DNA of 64,000 nucleotides. Source: Mobula hypostoma (Eukaryota). The notes under the pieces are model-generated. The model was not told the origin of the DNA, did no database searches, and worked only from the letters and a program-made list of their open reading frames with translations. Positions 48,118 through 60,779 of the stretch are shown here, one piece after another. Location of the stretch: the NCBI RefSeq assembly GCF_963921235.1, contig NC_086108.1, positions 17,174,001 to 17,238,000 of the forward strand. Direction: 5' to 3'. Position numbers and translations under genes: made by a program. Within the stretch, counting starts at the first letter, position 1, and each line of letters starts with the position of its first letter.

Positions 48118-48688
48118 AACAACAGGAATTCTGCAGATGCTGGAAATTCAAACACACATCAAAGTTGCTGGTGAACGCAGCAGGCCAGGCAGCATCCGTA
48201 GGAAGAGGTGCAGTCGACGTTTCAGGCCGAGACCCTTCGTCAGGACTAACTGAAGGAAGAGTGAGTAAGGGATTTGAAAGTTGGAGGGGGAGGGGGAGAT
48301 CCAAAATGACAGGAGAAGACAGGAGGGGGAGGGATGGAGCCGAGAGCTGGACAGGTGATAGGCAAAAGGGGATACGAGAGGATCATGGGACAGGAGGTCT
48401 GGGAAGAAAGACAAGGGGGGGGGGACCCAGAGGATGGGCAAGAGGTATATTCAGAGGGACAGAGGGAGAAAAAGGAGAGTGAGAGAAAGAATGTGTGCAT
48501 AAAAATAAGTAACAGATGGGGTACGAGGGGGAGGTGGGGCCTTAGCGGAAGTTAGAGAAGTCGATGTTCATGCCATCAGGTTGGAGGCTACCCAGACGGA
48601 ACATAAGGTGTTGTTCCTCCAATCTGAGTGTGGCTTCATCTTTACAGTAGAGGAGGCCGTGGATAGACATGTCAGAATGGGAATGGAT
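48118..48688 (-). mobile_element. Young 5'-truncated Penelope copy
   Basis: Perfect 14-bp TSD AAATAAGAAGTGCA (48104-48117, 48689-48702); nearly identical to the reverse complement of 44820-45390. Confidence 0.9.
48212..48247 (-). ncRNA. Minimal type-I hammerhead ribozyme motif in Penelope 3' tail
   Basis: Reverse complement reads AGTCCTGACGAAGGGTCTCGGCCTGAAACGTCGACT. Confidence 0.68.
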
Positions 48689-51016
48689 AAATAAGAAGTG
48701 CACTTATGATACGAGTTAAGAAGTAAACAGTAAAACACTACTGGCACTTCATACATGATGAAACCTGGGCAATGGCAGAGAGTTCAGTAGTCTTACTGAC
48801 AAGACAGTATACAGAGAGGAGGTATAACAGTACAAGTACAACAACTTCAGCTTCAACATGGACAAGACCAAAGAATTGATTGTGGATTTTGGAAAGATGC
48901 AGGCTGGCCACTTTTCACTGCACATACACAGAAGAAGCTGTTTTCCATACTAACAGTTGTTATCCTAACGCTACGGTACCTCCTGTCTGATGGTAGGGGG
49001 TCAAAAAGATTATGGGACAGGTGTGAGGAATCACTGACAGAGCCAAGGGCCCTGTGTACGCGGTGTTCTGGATAAATATCTGTGTTGGGTGGATGATTCT
49101 CTGAGCAGTCCTCATGATCCTTTGTAGGAACTTGTGGTCAGATGCCTTGTAATTCCTGTACCAGACAGTGATACAGCTGGTCAGGACACTCTCAGTGGTG
49201 CTCCTGTAAAAATTGTTTAGAATGGGGCAGGGGAGGGAGCCTTGCTCACCTCCAACTCCTCAAGAAGTGGAGATGCATCTGTGCTTTCTTGACCAAAGAA
49301 GTGGCGTTGAGGACCAGGTGATAATGTTCGTTATGTGCACTGTCAGAAACTTGGTGCTCCTAACTCTTTCCATGGAGGAACCATGCATGTGCAGGGAGAA
49401 GTGGTCAGCCTGCATCTTCCTGAAATTCACAATCATCGCTTTGATCTTGTCCATGTTGAAACTCAAGTTGTTGTACTCACAGCATTCTACCAGCCACTCT
49501 ACCTCCTCTCTGTACACTGCCTCATCGTCATTGTTGATAAGGCCAACCACTACAGTGTCATTAGTGAACCTGATGATTTGGTTTGAACTGGATCTATTAC
49601 TACAGTTGTGTGTCAGCAGCATGAACAGCAGTGCTGGTGCAGGAGTCGTTGGTGCTCAGCATGATGGAAATAGAGATGTTTCCGCTAATATGTACTGACA
49701 GTATCCTGTCAAGAAGTCCAAGATCCAGTTACAGAGAGTGATGTTAAGACCTAACAAGGTCAGTTTATCCAGCAGCTTCTGAGAAATTATCGTATTAAAT
49801 GCTAAGCTAAAGTCAATACAGAGCATCCTGGCTATGAGGCACTATTTTCCAGATGGGACAAGACAGAGTGGAGTGCAGAGGCTATGGCATCATCAGTGGA
49901 CCAATTAGAGTGATAGGACATCTAGAAAGGACCCAATGTAGCAGAGAGATGGGGTTTAATACGATCCATAACCAATCGCTCAAAGCATTTCATTATTGTT
50001 GAGGGTAATGCCACTGGGCAATAGTTGTTGAAATAGGTTACTGTCACCCTCTTGGACACCGGGACGATGGTGGCCACCTTGAAACCTGAGAGGACAGTGG
50101 GCTATTCCAGACAGATGTTGAAGGTATCTGTTAGAACCTCTGTTAACATTGCTGCACAGTACCTCAGCAACAGACCAGGGTATGTTATCAGACCCTGCAG
50201 CTTTACCTGGCTAGGGTTTTCCTCACATCAGATGTGGCCAGAGTTTCTGCTGTTTGGGGGAAAGGAGGCCTTCCTCACTGGCACATCATTCTGCCCATCA
50301 GACCGAGTGTAAAAGACGTTCAGACTATCAGGAAGAAAGGCGCATTGTCCATAAGACCATAAGATACAGGAGCAGAAGTAGGCATCCAGCCCATTGAGTC
50401 TGCTCCACCATTCAATCATGGGCTGATCCAATTTTTCCAGTCATCCCCACTCCCCTACCTTCACCCCATACCCTTTGATGCCCTGGCTAATCAAGAACCT
50501 ATCTATCTCTGCCTTAAATAAATCCAATGACTTGGTCCCCACAGCTGCTCGTGGTAACAAATTCCACTGATTTACCACCCTCTAACTAAAGTAATTTCTC
50601 TGCATCTCAGTTCTAAATGGATGTCCTTCATTATCATTGATGCACAGGGTGGACGTGGTCCATTATGGTCTGAATTCCTTACCACATTATGCTTCATATC
50701 TCTGGTGTCCCAAAAATGGCTGTATATTCTCTGTGAATAATCTCGTTTTGTCTTCCTGATGATGCAGATCCTGCTGACCTCAGAGCCGTCTTATCCCCCA
50801 ATCAAAGGTAGCATTCCAATCTCTCAGCCGTGCCTGTATCTCTGCTGTCAGCCATGACTTCTAACTTACCCTCACAGAGATGTGTTTAATAATGACAATG
50901 TCTTCAATGCTTTTCTCCACATGGCCAGTCACAGATCTTGCATATTCATTGTTGTCAATGTGATGGTCCTAATAATTCTCTTCAGTTGCTTCCCTACCAC
51001 TGACATGAGACTCAGC

Positions 51017-51490
51017 AGAATCAGAATCAGATTCAGAATCAGGTTTGTTATCACCGGCATGTGTTGTGAAATTTGTTAACTTAGCAGCAGCAGCTCAATG
51101 CAATACATAATGCAGAAGAACAAAGAATAATAATAAATAAATAAACCAATTACAGCATACGTATATTGAATAGATTAGAAATCACGCAAAAAACAGAATA
51201 TATGTTCAAAAGGTGAGGTAGTGTTCATGGGTTCAATGTCCATTTAGGAATTGGATAGCAGAGTGGAAGAAGCTGTTCCTGAATCACTGAGTATGTGCCT
51301 TCAGGCTTCTGTACCTGATGGTAACAGTGAGACAAGGGCATGCCCTGGGTGCTGGAGGTCCTTAATAATGGACGCAGCCTTTCTGAGACACTGCTTCTTG
51401 AAGGTGTCCTGGGTACTTTGTAGGCGAGTATCCAAGATGGAGCCAACCAAATTTACAACTCCCTGCAGCTTCTTTTGGTCCTGTGCACCA
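51017..51490 (-). mobile_element. Rex1-like 3' end
   Basis: (CAGAAT)n tail; [23 protein letters not shown]; same family as 12044-12470. Confidence 0.8.
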
Positions 51491-53100
51491 GTCCCCAGTG
51501 TTATCCCCGTTTCTTTTCTAAACAATAGAACAGCATTAGCTACTCACCAGTCCTCTGGGACCTCACCTGTGGCTAGAGTAGAGATGAAGATATCGGTCAA
51601 GACCCCAGCAACCTCATCCTCTACCTCTCTCAATAATTTGAAGTGTATCCCATATACCCTGAGGATTCATCTACCTTGTGACCCTACATAACTCTTTCTT
51701 TATCCCAAAATGCTCTTATAAATTAGTATGCCCCACACTGATTTCTCTCTCCTCCATGTCCTTTTCTTCAGTAATTGCTGATGGTAGGACCTCATTTACA
51801 TCTTCTGCCTCCAAACGTATGTTTGACATTTATCCCTGAGTGGTCCTATCTACTCCCTAGTAGATGCTTGCTCTTGATGTATGTATAGAATGCCTTGAGG
51901 TTCTCTTTAATCCTACTTACCAAGGACTTTTCACTTTCCCAATTTCCCACTTGAGCTCTTTCCTGCCTTCTTTATAATCCTCAAGGGCTATGTTGATTTT
52001 AGCTTCCTAAACCTTACACACACCTGAAATAGTTTTGGATTGTCTCAAAGTTAAAAAAGATAAATGTCTTGATAAACCTGGGAACTTAGCTCCCCTTGTA
52101 AAGTCAGAAGTAATAAACTTGTGTTATCCTTGATTCAGATTTGAATTTTAAATCCCACCAGAGCAGCATTTCTATATTTAAGAAATACTGCAAATGTATG
52201 TTTATTTCTGTCACATAATGATGCAAAACAACTAATTCATGTCTTTATACCAAACAGACTAGATTACAGTACTGCTATGAACTTGTTACTGGTCTTTCAT
52301 TGATCACTTCAATTTATTCAGAACACCGCTGGTAGGCGTTTATCCAAAACCAGTGTGAGGGGACATTCTTGCTACTTCCATTCTTGCTACTCTGCATTGG
52401 CTTCCTGTATCTTTTAGAATTGATTTTAAAGTTCTCTTACTTGTTTTTGAAGCTTGTAAAGGTCTGCGAGCAGAGTACATCACAGAATCATAAACACAAG
52501 AAATTCTGCAGATGCTTAAAACACACAAACTGCTGGAGAAATTCAGCAGGAACTCAGAAGGGAGAGGGGATCCTGTTGTATAATCCCAACTGAGTGACTA
52601 GACCTTTCTTATTTTTGAATTTTACCCACATAGACACAGCAGATAAGCCCTCCATTACATCCCCTCTGCGTGCAGCTGTGAAATTGTAGCTGATTGATAG
52701 TACAACTCGCCTCCCCTTCAATGTTTTACCTTCTTCTCTATCTTTCCTAAAACATGGAAACCCTGGAATATTAAGTACCATTCCTGTCTCTCTGTCTCTG
52801 TTATGGTCACAACATAAGGCCGGTTCCATATACTGATTCATGCTTCAAGTTCATCACCCTGACCCGTAATATTCCTATCATTAACGTACACATCCTTCGA
52901 CTTTTAAACATTTCCAGTTTTCTCCATTACCCTGCCCCTGCCTATGATATGAACGTTCTTCTCAATCTCCCCACTTTCTGACGTGTTGCTGTGGTTCCCA
53001 TCCCCGACAAGGTAGTTTAAACCTTCTCCAGTAATAGTAGCGTTCCCCTCCAGTTAAAGTGCATCCTGTCCCAGAAGAGGTTCCAATGATACGATAATTT
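51490..53100 (-). mobile_element. Mosaic of decayed CR1 fragments (51490-52020, 52555-53100), with an L2-like piece (52360-52470, + strand) and a Penelope tail (52490-52555)
   Basis: LNIPGFPCFRKDRE (CR1 endonuclease); ctgcattggcttcctgta...agaattgattttaaagttctc (LHWLPV..RIDFKVL, L2-like). Confidence 0.6.
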
Positions 53101-55424
53101 CAACCCTGCACCATAGGTAAACCTCAGCCATAGGCTTTCCCAGTTAAAAATGAAATTCCTAACGTGTACATTACGATTTAGGATGGCAAAAAAAATAATA
53201 TTCGGCTGCCGTTGCATATGCGTCAGTGAATAAAGATACTCGCTTCCATTTCCCAAATGCGTTCTGGCACTCCTGCATTGTAAATAATGGAAAGTTACGC
53301 CTTTCAACACGAATCATGACGTAGGGACTACAGAAACCAGCCTCTGGCCTCACATCGTGTTTGTCATTTCGTTAATATTGTCAGGTGATGTGGTGCCAGA
53401 CAGGATACGCCCAGTTTAGTTTCAATGGATTATACACCTTGATGCACCCCTTGATTAATACGCCCCTCTTCCCTGCACACTTCTACCTCCCCCCGCACAC
53501 ACACAAGCAAATCGAAATAAATTGAATAGGTAAACAACAAACAACATAGGTATTGCTTTTTGCCAGAGTTAAAACGGTTGTAGACAGGAATATTAAGACG
53601 ATCTTCAGCTGTCCAGGACTTTTTTTAAAACAGTGATGCAAGTTAAAAGTTGGTTGACTTCGGCGGCGCCAAGTTTGTAAATTTGTTTTGCGGTAAACTA
53701 TCCGGAATGAAAAGTACTGCGGCAAAAATTTCAAATCTGATCTCCTGTGTTATCCCGCTCGTTCACGTACCATGAAATTTTGAGCCCAAGTGTTATACTT
53801 CGATCAACCTTTTAAAAACTACAATAAATAATTTTATTTTTAATTAATTAAAAATGTTGAATAGGCCCCTCCTCTTCCTTAGCACATGACTGACCGAAAC
53901 TGACAATAAACATTACATCAGCGGAAATTCCTTATCAAAACACTACTCTTAAAGGGGGGCATCGTGGGTAGAGGAGAAGGGTACACACACACACGCACAA
54001 GTAAGATTTTTGTTTAGTAGACGGTGTAAAGACCTAACTCGAAAGTAGCTCCTTTATTTTAGAAAGTTAGGAACACGATGCTCCAGACGCCACTGTCCAT
54101 AGCCTCGTGTGTCTGCAGGAACAGGAACCACTCAGTTAGGCCTTCAAACTATCCGCTAGTATCATATCTGATTGCACGTGCAACTTATTTTCCCTCGAAT
54201 TCCTTTATCTTTCGTTATAAAAATAAGTTAATTCAGATTTAAGATTAACTAATTCCTTTGACAATAGCTCACCAAATTACATTGAGAACCCTTCTACCCA
54301 CAATGCTGTGCCATACAGTAATTAATTTACAGAGGTGAAGCCCCTCTGCCTTTCACTCCATTTTCTGCATATTCATATGCCTATCTCAAAGCCTCTTAAA
54401 CACCTTTATCATCTGTGTACACCTCCCCCCTCCAGCAACACATTGCTGTATGTAAACATAAACAAAATAAACTTGCACCACACATCATCTCTGAACTTTC
54501 TCTTTTCACCTTAATATGCATGTCCTCTGGTATGATACACTTCAATCCTAGGAAAAAGATACTGGCTTCTGGTAGTCTTATAAAGTCCCCCACAGCTTCT
54601 GCTGCTCCAGGGAAAACAAACCCAGTTTTTTCAGCCTTTCCTTATAGCACACGCCCTCTAATCCAGGCAGCATTCTGGACATGATTACATGATCCCTCTC
54701 ACAATCTCAATGCATTTAAAAAAGTTTTACAACAAAATGAAGTGAATTTTAAGTAAGCTCGCCGTTGCAATGTTGGAAACACAATAGCTAATTTCTACAC
54801 AGCAAGATCCCAGAAGGTAAGATGATGACAATGGCATTTGCCGAAGCATAAATATTTGCTGGGACACTGGATCAACTTCTAAAAATGTAAAATGCCTCAT
54901 TCAACTCATAGTAACCTGGCTTCCAACTCTTTCTCACTACACTTCACGGACCATGTGGTGACAATCAATGGAACATCTTGACTACAGCTTTCCTTATCAC
55001 CTTTCAAATTTGTGCCTGATTTTCATTCCAATCCGCTTTCTATATGGATCCACCTAGGATGTGTCCTTGACTCCTGCCTAGTGTTTATCGACCCTGCTGA
55101 TCCTTGGTAGCATCATTTGAATTCACACTGTGGGTTCCACTGATGATCCCATTCCATCAGCAGGGCAATCAAGAAGGTCATTTGAACTGTCCAGTCCTTG
55201 CCAGTCAAGTCCACTCCCCTTCTATTCTCCCCTCAGCTCCTACACTCCTTTTAGAAAGCTCAGATTGAAACTTTCTTTAACATCTTTATGGGTGAAACCA
55301 CAATACTTTTTACATCCCTGTGTACCTTTTGCCTGTCATTTTAAATCTATGTCCCCTGATCTATGAATGACCAAGTGTTAGGGCAGTTTCTCTGTATTTT
55401 TTGAACCCATCATGATTTTATAAT

Positions 55425-55740
55425 GTGCCCACCAGAGGACACAACCTCAGAATAAATAGATGCACATTTAGAACAGAGATGAGGAGGAATTTCTTTAGCC
55501 AGAGAGTGGTGAGTCTGTGGAATTCATTGTCACAAGCAGCAGTGGAGGCCAAGTCATTGGATGTATTTAAGGTGGAGGCTGATAGATTCTTGATTCGTCA
55601 GGGCATGGAAGGCTACAGGGAGAAGGCAGGTGATTGGTGCGGAGGGGGAAATGGATCAGCCAGGATGAAATGGCAGAGTAGACTCGATGGGCCAAATGTC
55701 ATAATTCTGCTCCTATGTCTTATGGTTATGGTCTTATGAT
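55425..55740 (+). mobile_element. CR1 LINE 3' end
   Basis: TRGHNLRI...FRTEMRRNFFSQRVVSLWNSL; (CTTATGGT)n-like tail. Confidence 0.85.
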
Positions 55741-57239
55741 TTTGTACATTTCTATGAAATCTTATGTCTCTATTTTGGGGAGAAATATCCTCAGACAACA
55801 CATTTGACCCAAGAAATCCTCCAACTATTCTCTTTAAATCTTTTTGCACCTTCCCACTCATGATTCCTCCATTACCTGTGTTTCATCACCTGTATTTCTG
55901 AAACTCATTTTCAGACGAAGAGTAGTTTCATTCAAATAATATCAAATTGGCTATTTTCTTTGCCATATTTCACAGCCATCTCACTACTTTGGAATTGTCT
56001 TGGATTCTGAGTTGAACTTCCGGTTCAGACGATCCATATTCCCAGGTAGAACTGCACCCACCTCCATCGCAACAACTCTCCCATCCCTGTCTTAGTTCAT
56101 TTTATGTTGAAACGCTTAACAATATTTCTTATTTCAATCAGTAAACAATTTGCAGGAAGGATGCAGTGGGCCATGCAGCATCTGTGGGAGGAAAGAAATC
56201 TTTACGTTCGAAACCCTGCAAAAGGTCAGAGAGTGGAGAGGCAAGATAGCCAGTGAGATGAGGAGTGGCACGAAAGAATCCAAGGCGATTGGTGGGGTGG
56301 ACTGAGGAGGGCTGTAAGATAACAGACAGGTATTACCAAGTAGGGGAGGTGATTGGGTGGAGTTGGGAGACTGTAGTGGGTGAATGATGGATTGAGGTAG
56401 ACAGAGAGAAGAATTAGTTTAAAAAACAAGCAAGGTGGGAGTGTGAAGACGCTAGAGGGAGATAACAAGGATACAAAGCACCACCAGTACTGGATTCCAA
56501 TAAGTAAAGGAGGTGAGACGGAGAACCATTAGCAACACACACATAATTCATCAAGTCAGACGGCATCAACAGTCTGAGACCTTTCATCAGGAGGGTTGTA
56601 ATCAGATGGGAGGGGGGTGGTGGGAGGAAAGGAGGAAAGGATAGAAAACCTGTGTGTGAAGTAGGTGGATATAGCCAGTAAGGGAAAGGAGACGAAGCTG
56701 GGTGAAGGAGTGGCTGAGTGAAAGGGGATAAAAAATGGGGGGACAAGAGGATCAGAAATGAGGGAACAACAGAAAGAAGGGGAAAAAAGAAAAATGGGGT
56801 GGGGTATCTAAAATTGGAAATCTCAATTATTGTGCATTTGGGATGTAACTTATTTGGCTGTTGCTCCAGATTATAGCATCTGCAGTTTCACATGACTAAA
56901 TGATGGTTTACTGGATAAAAAATTATAGGTCTGTGCTCTTCTTCACTTCTTATGTTGTCTTAATATCTGCTTTAAAACACAAATTAAAGCTTTATATTCT
57001 ACGAATTGTTGCAATTGAGTATCTCAGATGCTCACCAATTATAGAAGAGCTGGAGTTTGCTAAGTGATGTACTACCTCTCTCTCAGAGAGCTGACACAGC
57101 CTTGGGAGAGGCAAAGGGAATCAATGAATTCCAAATGGCGAGCTTCCATTTCCTGTTAGTGGATACTTTGGCAGATGGGGGGGGGGGTGTCCTTTGACTG
57201 TTAGGAAACCAGGATTGTGGGACTGAGATATAAATAAAA

Positions 57240-57500
57240 TGGGAAGCAACTGTGGTGCTCTACAAATCTATCTTCTCAGCTCGCTACTCTACTCCCTGAA
57301 TCTGACAAGGCCAGATTCTACTGTAATTCCATCTACGAGTTTGCAGATGATACCACAGTAGTGGGTTATAGTGATGAGTTAGAGTACAGAAAGGAAGTAG
57401 AGAGTCTAGTGGCATGGTGCCATGACAACTTTCCTCTCAATATCAGCAGAGTGAAAAAGCTGGTCATTGACTTCAGCAAGGGGCAGGTACACATGCATTT
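57240..57500 (+). mobile_element. Rex1-like RT fragment
   Basis: gagtttgcagatgataccacagtagtggg (FADDTTVVG), WCHDN remnants. Confidence 0.65.
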
Positions 57501-57859
57501 GAGGATTTGGTCACTTTGATAGAAGTTCCTGGGTCTCAAATTCTTTTACAGTGGTAAAGATATTACCTCAATGCAAACAAGGAGAGTCAGAATCTGTACT
57601 GATTTTTACAGGGTTTGAGTCTATAATTGAAAGTGAGAAGCCACAAAGAAAGATACCCAGTTTGAAATTGAAATTAAACACACAATTATTTTTGGACATT
57701 GTAGCAAACTGAATAATGTCTGTTCCCATAATGGAGACAAACAAACGAAAAAGGGAGGTAATCGCCTTTCTTCTCTTCGGGATTCATTGTATTTTAAGGT
57801 GTGCACCTGAAATTCAGTACAATATGCTGAGGAAAATGTAGATCATGCCGCTTTAAGAG

Positions 57860-58020
57860 CGGTTTGGTGACGGCTCTTATTCAAATAAAGCTGAGGTGGG
57901 CCTGGACGCCTATTGGCTGAGATGTGTTGGTCTGCGTTTTCTTTGGAACGCCTGTGGCGATGGTGATTGGACAGTGTTGAGTCGGCTGGGCGGTATAAAG
58001 TACTGCTATTTTTAAACGGT
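57860..58020 (+). promoter_or_regulatory. IER5 core promoter
   Basis: TATAAA 57994-57999 preceded directly by GC box GGGCGG 57988-57993; inverted CCAAT (ATTGG) at 57912-57916 and 57966-57970; CRE half-site TGACG 57868-57872; MEF2-consensus CTATTTTTAA 58006-58015. Confidence 0.75.
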
Positions 58021-58192
58021 TACTATTATCCCGAAGCGGCGTGGTGGTTTTGTGTGGCTGGGAGATAGAGCTCGCAAGCTCCTTGCTGGTACCAGTTAGT
58101 CGGGGGAAAATCCCTCATCCAACTGCACGTAGCTTCCCACTGGGTGGTTTGTCTGCTTCCTTGGCAAATCCCCGTTCGATTCCCGGGAGTGA

Positions 58193-58966
<774 letters not shown>

Positions 58967-59514
58967 AAGCTTCGCCCTTTGGGACAGTAGAGATGGAGAC
59001 CAGGACTTTGTCGGCTTTGACTGGTTCTCATTTCTGGAGCATGTGCCACGACTGGGGAGGTTTGGTTCGTATCATCCTGCACCTCTCAAAAGGCGCCCTC
59101 AGCATCACGTGGAGAGCAGCTTCATTCACCACCTCTCAATGAGGAAATGGCGAGGATAGGTGGCCTCTGACAGGCGTGTTCAGTCTCGGGTGGAGGACAT
59201 TTCTTCGAGTTGGGAGTTCCTGTGGATTTTGTTTCTGGTTTAATAGTGCGACCTGGGTAAATGTTGAAAAGGTAGCAAGAGTATTTCAAAGTTTTTCAGT
59301 ATATCGAAACCAGATACAACTTGCTGATTAAGTTGCCTTTTTCCCGTCTGTTCTGCGCCCTTTCGCAGATATTAATATGCATTGCATTCGTACTGAGCAG
59401 TTTAGATTGCTGTGCGGGTTATTTAACGTCTTTGTTTTATAAAGACATCAAATGTGTTCGATTATCCGTTTTTGTAATACTGTTTTCATTGTATTAATGG
59501 TATAATTTACACGA

Positions 59515-59560
59515 ATTAAAAGTTATTTTAATTTAATCTTGGTCTTTTGGCTTGTTTTTA
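59515..59560 (+). terminator. Probable IER5 polyadenylation signal
   Basis: ATTAAA 59515-59520 followed by U/GU-rich TCTTGGTCTTTTGGCTTGTTTTT; AU-rich UTR with ATTTA at 59421. Confidence 0.6.
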
Positions 59561-60779
59561 CGCGCTGGACCTCGATGGGTTAACTCCGCTGCCGTTGTGC
59601 CGGTTGGGGGAGGGGCGTTTCCTTTGTGGCTATTGTTGGGAGGAATGCATTGGGCTCTTTTAAAGAGACAGTGCTGCTTTTGTCTGTGCTAAGTAGGGTA
59701 AAGTTCACCCAGTTCCAACCGCAACTGTATTTTAAACACAGCCACCCGCCCAGAGTTGGCGTGTTTGGCTCTTGAGTGACTTTTCTATGGAGGTTTAAGT
59801 GTAACCACTTACTTCCTTCATTTTGTACTCTCCAACCCCGCCCCCACCAAAAGTTGGCCGACTTTTCCATTCCGTCAGTGTCGAGTTGAAACTATATCCT
59901 GCCTAAGTGATCAGGAGCAGGGCGGTCCAACATATTTCCCGCCACCACCCCTCTCCAAGAAAAAGCTGCTAGTTTACTTTAATCTTTGCTGTTTAGCCTC
60001 GAGTTGTGCGGGGGTGGGGTGTGTGGGGGGAGAACTGAAGTAAGAGGGCAGTGCTTGGTGGCTGAGCGGATGCCGAGAAGAGCAAGAGCAAGCAAGCAGG
60101 GGGTTTTCGCTGGTGCCTGATGCTTGTGTAATGCATTCCAGGTGAAAGCCGGGCACTCAGTTGAATTTGTTTCTCTTGCCTTCTCCCCCTCAGATCACTG
60201 GCTTCGTGATATGTGTGTTTGCTGGCTCTGGGCTTGAAGTCGCTGGAGTTCAGAAGAATGAGGGGATCTCACAAATCTATTGAAAGGCCTAGATAAAGTG
60301 GATGTGGAGAGGATGTTTCCTATAGTGGGGGAGCCTCAGACCCGTGTAGAATTTCACTAAGTTGCCCCTTTTCTGTAAGTGAAAATCCTGACTTTTATGA
60401 TGGCTACCTTTTTAGTTCTGATCCTTGGTTTGTTGGTTAGTGATAATTTTCCTGCTGGATCAATTGTAAATGCTGGCTTGTTTAAATGGAGTTTGCAGCA
60501 GTAGGACTAGTTAACCACCATACATGCTCCAGTGGCTTTGGGTATTTTAAAGTTTATGGGGGGGGGTCTTTGCCCTGCAAATAATGTGGCTATAGTTTTT
60601 TACACATTGGGGAAATTGTAGATAATTTTGATTCTGTTCTAAATACAGTGTAAGGTGATTACATGATTTTGAAAACATCTTTTCTAAGGGTAAAAAAAAA
60701 TTCAAAATCAGTAGTTTGTGTGGAACCAAGAAAAATACAAGGAACAAATTGTAAAAGGGAAATGACCAGGCTGATTAAA

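Larger units (their letters stand above)
47970..51010 (-). mobile_element. Long degraded Rex1/Babar-like LINE hosting Penelope (48118-48688) and CR1-tail (~50350-50630) insertions
   Basis: ORF 49260-49622: IIRFTNDTVVVGLINNDDEAVYREEVEWLVECCEYNNLSFNMDKIK; caatcgctcaaagcatttcat (MKCFERL); LPDSLNVFYTR. Confidence 0.8.

Noticed and set aside
56230..56820. G/A-rich region with Pro/Ser-rich antisense ORFs
   Set aside because: Decayed Penelope pyrimidine-rich tails on the minus strand
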